Shown here: piece after piece, positions 11,801 to 23,624 of the stretch
How the letters are laid out: each line of letters begins with the position of its first letter
Position numbering within the stretch: the first letter of the stretch is position 1
NCBI GenBank assembly: GCA_002269645.1
Contig: NIVC01000795.1
Coordinates: 1 to 64,000, forward strand
From: Macrostomum lignano
Taxonomy: Eukaryota
DNA length: 64,000 bases
Direction of reading: 5' to 3'
Notes under the pieces: model-generated
Told to the model about the DNA's origin: nothing
Databases searched by the model: none
The model's input: only the letters and a program-made list of their open reading frames with translations
Made by a program: the position numbers and the translations under genes

Positions 11801-12813
11801 AGCACTAAAACCAGCCCGAGTCGTAAACAGGCCAGCGGCATAAGTCAGGCCGCAGATTCTCAATGCTGCCCCCCCGGGGCAAAATCTGCGGGATCAGCCT
11901 GGCAAATCTCTGCGCAGCTGCGGCGGGAGGCTTGCCGATAAAATACCGCCGAATTCAGTCTTGTTTTTAATAAGTTCCCGCCGCCTCTGGGAGCCCTCCG
12001 ACTGCTGATGTTCAAATAAGTGCCAACCAGCATACTCCAGTAGCATTGGCCTGCCTTGCCGAAGATTTTACTGACTTCCTCCTTGAAGCTGCTGCATAGT
12101 CTAGTGTGGGCTTGTCTCTGCCTCGCCTTTACACTTCTCGCACCTCGTATTGCTTACCTGACACTTCCTTCCTGACACATTCCTTACCTTCCTGACACAT
12201 TCCTTACCTTCCTGACACATTCCTTACCTTCCTGAGACTTCTACTGTATGCCTTCCTGACACTTCCATAACCTTCCTGACACTTCCATAACCTTCCTGAC
12301 ACTTTTTAAACCATCCTGACACTTTTATAACCTTCCTGACACTTCATAACCTTTATGACGCTTCCATAACCTTCCTGACACTTCCATAACCTTCCTGACA
12401 CTTCCATAACCTTCCTGACACTTTCGAAACCTTCCTGACTCGTCAATAGCCTTTCCAATACTTCCATAGAATTCCCGACACTTCGATAGAATTTCTGACA
12501 CTTCACGGCCGTCCTGACCATATCACGGCCGATCGCACACTAATTAAAACCCCTTCTGCGCCAACCCCTCTTCACCAGCGAGTGCCTACCGGACGGCAGT
12601 CCCGAGGCCGTTCAGCTCATCCGCAGCGGCAGCGGCGAGAGGCGGCGCGAAATTCTCTGCAGCGTGATGTGCTGCGGCCGGACACACGCCACAGCCAACT
12701 ACACTTACCCCGGCAACCATCCGGAGTGCCAGCACAAGACCTGCCGCCTGCTGTCAAATCCGTTCAGGGTCGTCTGCACCGACTGCCATTTGAAGAAGTC
12801 CATCTGCAATTGA
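5831..12813 (+). CDS. wnt11: Wnt ligand, Wnt11-like, 5 exons: 5831-5922, 8458-8696, 9718-10274, 10957-11174, 12579-12813
   Basis: Signal peptide ending in IKWL (typical of Wnt11), then [62 protein letters not shown] and MCCGR. All introns are GT-AG with matching phases (2,1,0,2). Subfamily assignment is less certain than the Wnt call. Confidence 0.9.
6190..7060. repeat. CT-rich low-complexity array in Wnt intron 1
   Basis: Variants of CTCCCTCTCC and CTACTT. Confidence 0.95.
7690..8361. repeat. GA-rich array in Wnt intron 1
   Basis: Variants of GAGGTGGGAGATGA. Confidence 0.95.
8825..9670. repeat. ~20-bp minisatellite in Wnt intron 2
   Basis: TCTCTATGAACTGTCCGGGA variants. Confidence 0.95.
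10490..10835. repeat. GGATGGATGATGAG-type array in Wnt intron 3
   Basis: Direct inspection. Confidence 0.9.
11235..12500. repeat. Two minisatellites in Wnt intron 4: GAGGGTGTCAGAGAAGACACT (11235-11372) and TAACCTTCCTGACACTTCCA (12160-12500)
   Basis: Direct inspection. Confidence 0.85.
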
Positions 12814-14529
12814 GGGCGCCGCGGCATCTGATGAGGTTTCTGCATTCGCTGCAAATAACACTCGTTGTTTTCCAGCAAAACACGTAAAGTCGCTTCTTTT
12901 TGTTTGCCTTATATTGACAACCTATAAGGTCTGCTTCTTTTTTATAGCAGATCTCATCATTCATTCTAACGCGCAACGACTGTGTGCTTCTGGTTTTAAG
13001 GTTTGTTATCTCCTTACTCATCAAGTCCACTCCATTATCATCGCGGCATTTAACCTTTTAGTTTGCGTCATCGTTAAATCTTAATTTTTTCAATTTAATT
13101 TTTTAAATAATTCTATCAGTCCCTGCATGAAGCGATTTCATTGGCTAGCCGACTGTCGGCTGGGGTAGAGTAGAGAGACTGGAATTGAATGCTGAAATCT
13201 GATTGGCTAGACGACTGTTGGCTGGGGTAGAGAAATCTGAAGCGCACATTTGGACTGGAATTGAATGCTAAAATTTGATTGGCTGACACTGCTTTGGTTG
13301 TGTAAAATTTTCACACAAGTCTTTTACGGTAAATTTTCTGAAGATATTTAGCTGGGCGAATAAATCACTCATAGTAATCAAGTAACAAAATAGACTTCTC
13401 TCTGATGGTGTCTCAATATTTCTGCTTGTATAGTCCCAATTTATAAATCCTTTTAAATAATATTAAGTGATTGTTTGATCTTTGTTTGATCTGTCAACGA
13501 ATCTCCAGACTGACGGTATTATCATGTACTACCAATACGCAAAAATATTTATGCCGCAGCTTACCTACTATAAATACACACTAATCAAAGCCTGGAGTAG
13601 CTGGCAGATGCCACTGTGTCTACACATGCAGCGATTAAATCGCTCTTTCTATTGTTTTTCTGACCAAATAATCTTATCAGTCAAATCAGATCAATACAAT
13701 AAAAACATCAACAATCGGTTAAGGAAAAATTATGAGGGGAAATTTAAACCCAATCTCCAAATTCTTAACCAATCAAAGAAAGTTCTACACACAGTTGCTT
13801 GAATGTAGAAATGAAAATCAAGTCAGATGTCTAATCTAAAATTGTCAGCAAAGGAACACTTAATTGGTAATTTTTCAGCTGCTTCTTTTAAAGTCAATTA
13901 TCTATAAAGATGCAGCAGCGGGTTAGTAGTTAACCAATGTACAATTCGAAAATGCTGCTCGTAATTTGCAAATATATTATTAGAATACGAGCTAAAATGC
14001 TTTCGACGAAGCATTTCGTAAAGTATCCTTTTATTTTTAATTAAACCTGTGATTTCGAAAGGGCAGGTGTGAAAACTCCACTTCGGGGGTAATACCCCCC
14101 CCCCAAAGGCAGAGAGCTTGTATTTATCATAGCTGGCCAACAATAAAGGTTGTCTGACAAAGCGTCAGCCAATCACACGCGCGCGTGCAGGTGTACACCT
14201 GCACTGTACATTACACTGAGCGGAGCAACTGAGCAACCCCACGCTACCACATCCCTCCCCATCTACATGGGGATCAGCGATCGCAAGAGAAAACATTAGA
14301 GCAACACATTTTATAGTGAGGAACAATACTCAATAAATAACTTAATAATAATTAACCAGCACCAAAACTACGCAACGCAAGATAACAACGCAACGACACA
14401 ACCAGTATAAAGACAACCAGAATAACCAGAATAACCCATAACCAAAACAAAGTTCAAAATCCAAAATTAAACGTCCGAACACTACAGTCAATCAAAACAG
14501 TCTCTTCCACAGATGACGTCACCCGTAGC

Positions 14530-16378
14530 TCAGGCGCTCCGGGGATGTCGAACTTGCGACGATCGGCGCAGAGACCCGTCGATCTCAGGGTCTCCAGGAG
14601 CAGCCAGGTTTGGCGGCTCGTCCACGGCGGGCATCGCAGCTTCAGGCTCAGGTGCGGCCTTGGCGTCGGTAGCACCGTCTGTCACGCCAGCCCCGGTAGG
14701 CCGCGGCTGCTCAGGACCACCGCGGACATGGTCAACGTGCCGCCGCACCACTCGGTCGTCGCCATCGAAGCCGCACAGGTAGGAGGCCGGACCGGCGGCA
14801 CCGACAACTCGCGCCGGCTTCCACCGACCTCCGTTGGCTCCAAAGTCTCTGGCCAGTACAGCGTCTTCAGTCTCGAAGGTCCGGAACCGAGCTTTGCAGT
14901 CGTGGTGCTCTTTTTGCTGACTTTGCTTACGCTGTACGCTTGCTCCCAGGTCTGGCCGAGCTCGATCTAGCAACGTGCACAGTCGCCGTCCCATCAGGAG
15001 TTCATAGGGAGCCACACCAGTCGTCGCATGCGGAGTGACCCGATAGCTCAGCAGGAACCGGGCGACCTTATCCTCCAAGGAGCCTTTGCGCTGCTTCCCC
15101 AGGGACCGCTTCAGCGTCTGGACAGCTCGTTCCGCCAGGCCGTTGGACGCGGGATGGTAGGGAGCAACGCGCACGTGCTGAATGCCGTTCTTCCGCAGAA
15201 AGTCGGACATCTCCTCGCTGACCAAGTTGGGCCCATTGTCCGACACCAGCACATCTGGCAACCCGTGTGTCGCGAAGCTGGAGCGGAGTTTCTGGATGGT
15301 GACAGCTGAGGTCGCTGACGACACCACATGCACATCCAGCCACTTTGAATGGGCATCGACGACAACTAGCAGCATCTTGCCAGACACCGGACCCGCATAG
15401 TCGATATGCACTCGAGACCACGGTCGGTCAGGCCACGGCCACGACAACATTGGCGAAGGCGCCGGGGCGTTCTGCAACTCCTGACAGTCAGAGCAGGCCT
15501 TGGCCAGGTTTTCAATCTCCGAGTCTAATCCTGGCCACCAGAAATAACCTCGGGCTAACGTCTTCATGCGAGACGCCCCCGCATGACCTTGATGCAGCAC
15601 CTGGAGCAGTGCAGCTCGCGCTCCGACCGGGACCACCACTCGAGCGCCCCACAGGAGGCAGCCGTCTTGCGCACTGAGCTCAGCCGCTCTCTTGGAGTAT
15701 GGCAGCAGATCGTCACTGACCCGCTCTGGCCAGCCGATTTGCGTGAAGTGCAGAGCTCAGACAAGTGTAGGGTCCCTTCGAGTCAGGCCGCGTATCTGAG
15801 TCGCCGTGACGGGTCCATCGTCCAGGTATCAGCATGACCAGCTCTGCCAGCCTCGGGACCGTCGCCGGCTTGTCGGGCAGCGACAGGCGACTCAGGGCAT
15901 CGGCGCACAGCAGTGAGGCTCCGGCTCGGTGAACCATGCGGTAGTTATAGCCAGACAGCAGCAGAGCCCACCTCTGAATTCTTCCAGATGCCAGGGCCGG
16001 CACGGCCTTGTTCTCAGCAAGCAATCCAAGCAGAGGTTGTGGTCACTCACCAGCAGAAATGGGCGGCCGAACAGGTACGCGTTGAACTTCTTTACCGCAA
16101 ACACTACCGCGAGGGCTTCCTTCTCGAGCTGCGAGTAGTTTTTCTCAGCGTCGTGCAACGTACGCGAGGCAAAGGCCACAGGCCGGACAGCTCCATCGAT
16201 CCTGTGGCTGATGACCGCGCCCAGGCCGTAGGGGGACGCGTCGCACTCGAGCAGCAGGTCTTTGCTCGGGTCAAAGTGCGCCAATACCGGAGCCGAGGAC
16301 AGCAGTCTTGCACTTCTCGAAAGCGGCGTTCTGAGCAGCGCCCCAGTTCCAGCGGTGTTGCTCGCGCAGCAGCAGGTG
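14530..16378 (-). pseudogene. Gypsy RNase H and integrase, frameshifted in RNase H
   Basis: CDASPYGLGAV, FASRTL, YSQLEKEALA, QRWALLL, ADALSRL. The integrase has HxxHxG..C..C, HIDYAGP, SDNGP and AERAVQTLK. Confidence 0.9.
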
Positions 16379-17190
16379 TGTAGAGTGTTCTACCTCCCGT
16401 AAAAAAGGTAAAAGAAGTTAACCATAGGATGCTACTGTAAGTAGGTGCACGCATGCGCAACTGAACCTTAACAATGAACCATGTTACTGTATAATACACA
16501 ATAAGTTATGTTACCCTTTTAGCGCAACACATGAGTTGTAATGCTGTTTTGGACTGCAAATTCGCCTATAAATACAAGTGGTCCGAAGCGGACCCGGAGC
16601 CAACTCCCGACGATAGGAGAAACTCCGAAGAGGAAGCCTTAGGAGGACTTCCTGATCACCAAGTCAATCGAGACTCGGTCGAGTTGTTGCGGTAAGCCTT
16701 ACTCATTTGCGCCCGTTGTGTTAGAGACGTCTCGCTCAAGTCTAGTGTTACTTGAGTTTAGTTGAGTCTGTTTAGACTCTACTGGTTGCAGTCTCCAGAA
16801 GGACTGCCCCTGATAGATCTTAGAAGACTATCAGTGGTTTCCGGAGCTATACCTAGAGTGCATAGAGGCACTGCTAGAAGGAGAAGGCTTATACGATACC
16901 GCAGTTTGGCGCAGGGTACCCATTGTTAATTGGAAGCTTCCCATTGGTCTACGCTACAGATACCGGCCGGCGAGAAACAAAAGAAGACTTACCTGACCAG
17001 GCTCCCGGAGCGAAGCAAAGTTACTCGGCAAACTTCAAGGACCACTCGCGAGAACTACACTACGAAGAGATCGACTCAACCGAACCAAGGTAAAAGATAC
17101 CTTCATTTGATTACTGGGTTGTCTAGCTTAAGTAGCTAGAAGTGATTGTTCCTTGATTACAGTTGAGGACTGGTAATAAGGGACACATCA
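16379..17190 (+). mobile_element. 812-bp solo LTR inserted in the Gypsy pol
   Basis: Starts TGTAGAG and ends ACATCA. Flanked by the 4-bp TSD GGTG (16375-16378, 17191-17194). Removing it restores LAPLHLLLREQHRWNW. TATAAAT at about 16567 on + suggests the orientation. Confidence 0.85.
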
Positions 17191-19257
17191 GGTGCAGCGG
17201 TGCCAGGACTTGAGACAATTTAGGCAGGAACTTGCCATAGTAGTTCACCATGCCTAGGAAACTGCGCAGCTGAGTTGCGTCCTTGGGAGCTGGAGCGCTG
17301 AGAATTGCCTCGACCTTGTCTTTGATCGGGTGCAGGCCGTCGGCATCGATGCGGTGACCGAGATAACTGATGCTCGTCTGCATGAACTGGCACTTCTCCA
17401 GCTTGCACCGGAGGCCGCTCTGGCTCAGCTTCTCCAGAACCTGCTCCAGGGAGTTCAGATGACTGCTGTCGTCCTTCCCGGTGAATGATGAGGTCATCGA
17501 TGAAGCAGGCGATGCTGGTGATTCCTTGCAGCAAGCAGTCCGTCCGGCGCTGAAAAAGTCCGACCGCTGGCGAGACACCGAAAGGCAGCCGCGTGTACCG
17601 AAGCAGCCCTTTGCCCTTTGAGCGTATTGATCGTGCAGACTTCCTGGGAGGCCTCATCGAGTGGCAGCTGCATGTACGCCTGCGACAAGTCGAGCTCAGT
17701 GAAGAGCTGCTCACCAGTCAGCTTCGCGAATAGCTCTTCGATCCGCGGCAGAGGATACGAGTCGGGCTCCACGTTCGGGTTGACGGTCTGCTTGAAGTCG
17801 GCGCAGACCCTCACAGAGCCGTCGGACTTGAGCACTGGCACCACCGGCGATGCGTACTCGGAGTGCTGCACGGGCACCAGGATTCCTTGTTCGATCTCGC
17901 GGTTCAGTTGGCTCTCCACCTTGTCCTTCAAAGCAAAGGGAAGATTCCTGGCCTTCATAAAGCGAGGTTGAGCACCGGGTTTCATATTCAAACTCACTGG
18001 CGGTCCGTTGTACATCCCTAGCTCAGGCGAAAAAACATCGCTGTACTTGTCGAGCAGCTGCTGCAGTCCGGGCGACACGTCAGGAGCAGCTGCCACCTGC
18101 TTGATTGATCTCCAGTCGAGCCACAACTCGGACAGCCAGTCTCTTCCCAGCAGGTCGGATCCGCAGCCGGCAACCACAAGGAGGCTGAGTGGCTTGGGCG
18201 GTGCTTCAGCAGCTTCCACAGCAACGCAGATGCAGCCTTCAATTGGCACATTCTCACCGGAGTATGTTCACAGCTGCATGGACGCAGGCTGCAGTGCTGG
18301 CTGGGAGTTGAGCACGGTCCTGTAGGTCTTCGAGGATACCAGGGACACGGAGGCTCCGGTGTCCACTTCCATGACAACAGGTCGGCCATTGATGCGCACC
18401 GTCGTTGTAATTGGCGGCACCTTCGACACCCGCTTGCCGGACAGCTGGTACAGAGAGTGAGCCGTTCCCTCCTCGCAGCTGTCTTTTTCCTCGCCGTCCT
18501 GCATCTGCAGAGCCTCTCTTCTATCGTCATTCGACTGGGATTTGCAGGCAGCCGCAGTGTGGGCGATCTTTGAGCACTTGTAGCACTTCTGGGTGGCGAA
18601 CGGGCACTTATTAGCGAGATGCTTCGTTGACAGGCACCTGAAGCACCTCCTTGTCGAATATGACTTCTGCTGTTGCTTTACAATGCTGACGGACTCCTGA
18701 CTGACTGGATCTGGCTTACTCGCTCCCGACACCAGCTGGCAGCCCTTGGCGGCGGACTCGTGGGCCAGGGCCAGCTTCAATGCCTTCGCTAGAGTGAGAT
18801 CGGGCTCCGCCAGCAGCCGCCGCTGAGCGCTGTCGTTGTTGATTCCCAGCACCAGCCTGTCGCGAAGCATTGAAATCAGGCTGTCGCCGAACTTGCAGTC
18901 GCGAGCCAGGTCTCGGAGGTCTGCGACGAAGTCAGCGACGCCCTCACTTTCCCTGCGATTTCTGGTGTAGAACCGGTAACGATGGACGATCTCGGACTCC
19001 TCAGGCTCGAAATGGCTCTTCAGTGCCTCACAAATTTCGGTGAAGCTCTTGGCTGATGGCTGTGCAGGAGACAGAAGACTGAAGGCCAGATGGAAGACTT
19101 TCTTGCCGCATGAACTCAGCAGAATCGCTCGCTTTTTCGCTTCCTCAGTGACGTAATTGGCAACAAAATATTGTTCTAACCTTGCTTGGTACATATGCCA
19201 CGGCTCAGAGCCTTCTTCGTATGGGCCGACAAGCCCTTGTGCACTTGCACTATTCAT
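17123..19257 (-). pseudogene. Gypsy gag-protease-reverse transcriptase, disrupted
   Basis: Gag YQARLEQYFVAN, two CCHC knuckles, protease MEVDTGAS, RT YTRLPFG and FIDD. In-frame TGA at 18268-18270 and frameshifts near 17610 and 17500. Confidence 0.9.
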
Positions 19258-20499
19258 TTGCGCAGTAATGTTTACTTGAAGTAATGTTTACTTATGTAGG
19301 ATCTTTAAACTTCACACCAAAAAATAAAGATTTGCTTGCTCTTAAATAATATCTTTAAGGTTTTAGTGTCTTCATAATTTGTTATTATAAATAAGTACTG
19401 CATTATCTTGAATTTAAAAGTAATCTTAATTCGTGTTTAGCATGCATGAGAGTTATGACCGGTTTTTCAGTTCCAGTTCCCAAATCGTACTTTAAAATCC
19501 CGCCGTAACGGAATATGTTACAACGCATATTAAAACAAAGGTTTACTGCTTTTAGAATGAAGTTGACATTAATGTTTTAAAAAATGAATAAAATGCAATA
19601 TTATTCAAACGTTTTCTTATTTTATTTATATTTTTTGGTGGAAACAAGTAGTATTATAGAGGCGAATATTCAAAAAACCACGGTTCGATCTCGGAGTCAA
19701 CTTGATCTATCATTATCGTTGTTGTATGTGATAAATGTGACGATAACAATATGAAGTAAGAACTCTTCTAAATATGATAAAAATAAAAAATTATTATGTA
19801 GGATGAATAAACAAAGAAACTAGTAGACAATTATAAAAAATGTTTCGTTCTTTTTACACTTGATAAAGACAGTAGTTAACTACAATTAAGTTAACTACAA
19901 TTACTTTGAACTAAAAAATATTGTGGTAAATTAATAAATTAACTAATAGCAATTCAAATAATAGTTTCAATTGACGCTAAAAAATGTAAAAGTTAAAGGT
20001 CCTTATAAAACATGGGTTTTGAATATTTCATGTGAAATAAAAATATTGAGATAAAAATATAAGATACCTGGTAGGATACATATATTTATAAGATTATGAT
20101 GTTACTTCTCCAAAAGAATGCATGTAATTGTCGTTCAAGCTTTCACTCAGACCAGGGGGGACATGCACAGTTGTCCCGATGTCAGCCCCTGTCCCGCGCG
20201 GTGACGCGGGCCCTTGCATGTGATTATATGCATTTGAAGGTACAATTTCGTAAAATGAAACAATGTACAAGCTGAACCTCGGAAAAATAGGAAATTAAAG
20301 GAGTTACAACTCCGAGGGGCCGAGACCTTTCACGACTCTGTGAAAGGTCTCGGCCTTTACTCGGCATTTTTTAGGGTTTTTAATTATTATGGCATTTGAT
20401 TCAGTGCTAAGAGTAACACTTTCTTTTGTCCTACGAACCTGTCGAGTCCCCAGCAGCTACATGTAGTTGACGCCATCATATCGCTGTATGATGATATGT

Positions 20500-21850
20500 C
20501 AGCTCCGCTGGGATATCGGCTCGCTGGTCATGCCAGCGCCTCGGTCTTTCAGCGTGTCGACAAATAGGCCGACGCTTTGATGCCACCTCGATCGCCAACC
20601 TTAATCTAGCGCTGTGCGCCATCAACAGTTGAGGACAGGAGTGTGAGGTCGTCGGCGTAGCCCAGAACCGCTCAGGCGCTTCTCGTTGTGGCGGCGACCG
20701 ATGTGTCTGCGCAGCAGGAAGCCGTCGCCTGCTGAAGGGGGTCCGTTCCGAAGCTGCACAATCCATGCCAGGAGCAGCACGAAGAGGAACGGTGCCAGAA
20801 TGTGTCGCTCTGTGTAGCACTCCTAAACGAAGTTTCAGACAGGTCAGACAAGCCGTCTGCCGTCACCACAGCGTAATGCCGCGGCGCAGACGGGCAGACG
20901 ACCAACCTCGCGCGCTGTCAGTGGTTCACCTCGACGGTCTGATGCCCAACGTTGAGGACGAAATTCGGCGACGCAGATCTAGATCGAGAGGACTTGCCTG
21001 GACGGCCTACCGGTCGATTCGCGCCATCCTTCAGTCCAAAGCGCTGCCCGATCGTCAGGGGGCTCGGCTGTTGAGACCGTGTTGCTCGACAACGCTGCAG
21101 AGACGTGGATGTTCAAGGGACGCTAGAATTCGCGCTACTGGAATTCGCGCTACTGGAATTCGCGCTACTGGATTTTGCGCTAATTGTCTTCTGCGCACCA
21201 GGATTTTGCACGAATCGGATGATTTTAGGCGACTTGAAATTGAATTCGACTGCATCATTTCTCGCGACTTACTTCAAGCGACTAGATTTCGCGCGACGTA
21301 GAATTTCGTGCGACTGGATTTCGCGCGACTGAATTTCGCGCAACCGGATTTCGATCGACTGGATTTAAATCCAGTCGTGTGAAATCCAGTCGCTAGAAAG
21401 AAGTCGCGCGCTTCAATTTCAGGTCGTGCGATTTCCAGTCGCGCAAATGCAGTCGCTCGAATGCCAGATCGCGCGAAATCCAGTCGCGCGAATTCTAGCG
21501 TCCCGATGTTAACGGTCACGCTGGAGCAACAGCTAAACAATTTGATCACTCGGCCCGCGGGGCTGCTCCATGCGTTCAGGCTGACAAAAGCGTCCTGTTC
21601 AAGGATGTACCATCCTGCAGCGAGACGGCGACTCCACAGGCGCTACGTGATCCGGGCTATTGCCCTAGCCTGTCCAGGACATCCTGCCGCTCACTTTGCT
21701 AGAACAGTTCAGGCGGGCTCAAGCGACCGAGGACACAGAGATAGCTACGTGGACTGCATCCTGAGCAACGTTGGGGCGCCCGACACTGTCGATCAATGGG
21801 CCAGACAATTGATTATTCGCCTGCTGGCGCTTCGACATGTCATCTGACGC
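20500..21850. pseudogene. RTE-clade non-LTR retrotransposon fragment with inverted 5' part
   Basis: Minus strand about 20883 to 20500: AVVTADG, frameshifted GVLQ.DTLAPFLFVL, GYADDL and KTEAL. Plus strand from about 20884: GADGQ, LMPNV..RGLAW, ETVLL.NAAETW, resuming after the MITE. Confidence 0.8.
21117..21504. mobile_element. 388-bp MITE built of ~15-bp subrepeats
   Basis: TIR GGGACGCTAGAATTCGCGC / GCGCGAATTCTAGCGTCCC (26 bp with 1 mismatch). Imperfect flanking duplication GATGTTCAA / GATGTTAAC. Interrupts the RTE frame at ETWML. Confidence 0.85.
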
Positions 21851-21976
21851 TCCCTCCACTGACTACTGGGGCGACTGCGTATTTTTTGTTGCTGTTGTTC
21901 TACAATTACCTACGAGTATAAGCTGGTTATTTTACAAATTCAAAGTTACAAATCCTTAGTTACGAAATCGTACAGT

Positions 21977-22480
21977 TTCTGACGTTTCAACATCACGCTA
22001 TGCAAGATTGGAGACCTGCACTGAAGCAACAGTAAGGTCGGTGAAGCTGTTTTTTTTACTTATACACAGATTTCAGATGGTAAATTGCAAAAATAAAATT
22101 GGTTATCAGTTGTTGTTGGGTATTTCGTAGTTCTATGGGTAGAATGATTTGGCCTGTATGCGAAATTCTGCAGTTACTGACGTTTCAACATCACGCTATG
22201 CAAGATTGGAGACCTGCACTGAAGCAACAGTAAGGTCTGTGAAGCTGATTTTTTACATATACACAGATTTCAGATGGTAAATTGCAAAAATAAAATTGGT
22301 TATCAGTTGTTGTTGGGTATTTCGTAGTTCTAGGGGTAGAATGATTTGGCCTGTGTGCGAAATTCTGCAGTTACTGACGTTTCAACATCACGCTATGCAA
22401 GATTGGAGACCTGCACTGAAGCAACAGTAAGGTCTGTGAAGCAGATTTTTTTATATATACACAGATTTCAGATGGTAAAT
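21977..22480. repeat. ~198-bp tandem repeat, about 2.5 copies
   Basis: GACGTTTCAACATCACGCTATGCAAG at 21981, 22179 and 22376. Confidence 0.9.
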
Positions 22481-23624
22481 TTGAGTTTCGACTAAAAAAT
22501 CGTTTTACATTCAAGTGTTTTCTGCTAAATCGATCTTTTTGTTATTTTTATCTTATCGGGAACTGGAACTGAAAAAACGGTCATTGAGAGTTAGTAACTA
22601 ATGAGTTAGAACAAAAATTCATCTCGTCTCGTCGAGTAGGTTGAGTGAGTACGTTGTTACAATGTTACTGTTTACCGTCCGAACTTTTTGGAATTTGGCG
22701 TCAGATGCAGAGCATATAGCTGGGTTACTGTTGGCGCAAAGGATTTTTTCTAGTCGATTGTGACTGACTTAAAACAGGCTAATTATAATTTTACTACTAG
22801 GCCTAGACGTTAGTATACTGTCTTACTGAATACTAATAATAGAGGCTCTTCATATTGCTTGTTCTGGTTCTAGAACCAGAACCAATTTGTAAATTATAAC
22901 TTTTTGTCTCCTTAACTAGAGTTTTATACTTGCTACAAACTCTTAATTATTGAATGAAAATCGCCAAAAAGAAAGTGAAAAATTGTGCAAAGTGAGGCTG
23001 TTAAGGCAGTCAAATATTAACAGAGTTGAATAAATATTTATACTGCTGTTTTTCTTGGAAGATCCAAACCGATTCTGGTTCTGGAATTGGTAATGTGAAG
23101 AGGCTTATAGTATTGTAGGGCCTATTGACTGCTTAGGCCCCTAGTGCCATGGCCTAATTCAAATAATAAACTTTATTTATCTATATCTACAGAAAGCTAA
23201 AGAAAGCCATGTCCAATGTAATTGTCATTGATTTAAGAATAATAAGATGAGAGGCTGATTAGGACTAGGAGTAGGCTAATGAGTACTGAGAATGACAGCA
23301 CAATTTGAGTAGCATGTTATTTCTTGGGCAGTCCTGAGTCCTAAATCATGCCAGGCCATATTCTACGGCAGCTATTCCATGCCATAGCATGCCAACATTC
23401 CACTTTTGGCATGCAATACCCAATTACATGCCAATGCATGCCACAATTTTTAGGCCAAACCAAATGCATGCCAGAATTTTCTAGTATGATGTATGCCTTT
23501 TGTAGTATGTATAGTTACTGTTAGGCCCCTATTAAACAAGTAGATTGAAAGTACCAATCCTTGGATCAGCCCAAGTAGGGTTTTGTCGATTTATTTAAAA
23601 TTATTAATGCAAAATTATTTGGTA

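Larger units (their letters stand above)
14068..19320 (-). mobile_element. Decayed Ty3/Gypsy LTR retrotransposon
   Basis: Order gag-PR-RT-RH-IN on the minus strand. The polypurine tract GGGGAGGGA (14252-14260) abuts the TG start of a 3' LTR at 14251; the LTR far end near 14068 is uncertain. PBS-like TGGTGTGAAGT at about 19308-19318. No matching 5' LTR found. Confidence 0.9.
19455..22584. mobile_element. Non-autonomous TIR DNA transposon (~3.1 kb) with nested cargo
   Basis: 27-bp inverted repeats with 1 mismatch: ATGACCGGTTTTTCAGTTCCAGTTCCC and GGGAACTGGAACTGAAAAAACGGTCAT. Direct repeat TGAGAGTT on both flanks (19447-19454, 22585-22592). Confidence 0.8.

Noticed and set aside
12820-12850. CTGATGA hammerhead-like cores at about 12828 and 4310
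   Set aside because: Neither has a stem II followed by GAAA.
20150-20230. HDV-like ribozyme near the RTE fragment
   Set aside because: I could not build P1/P2/P3 with a proper L3 and a catalytic C in J4/2.
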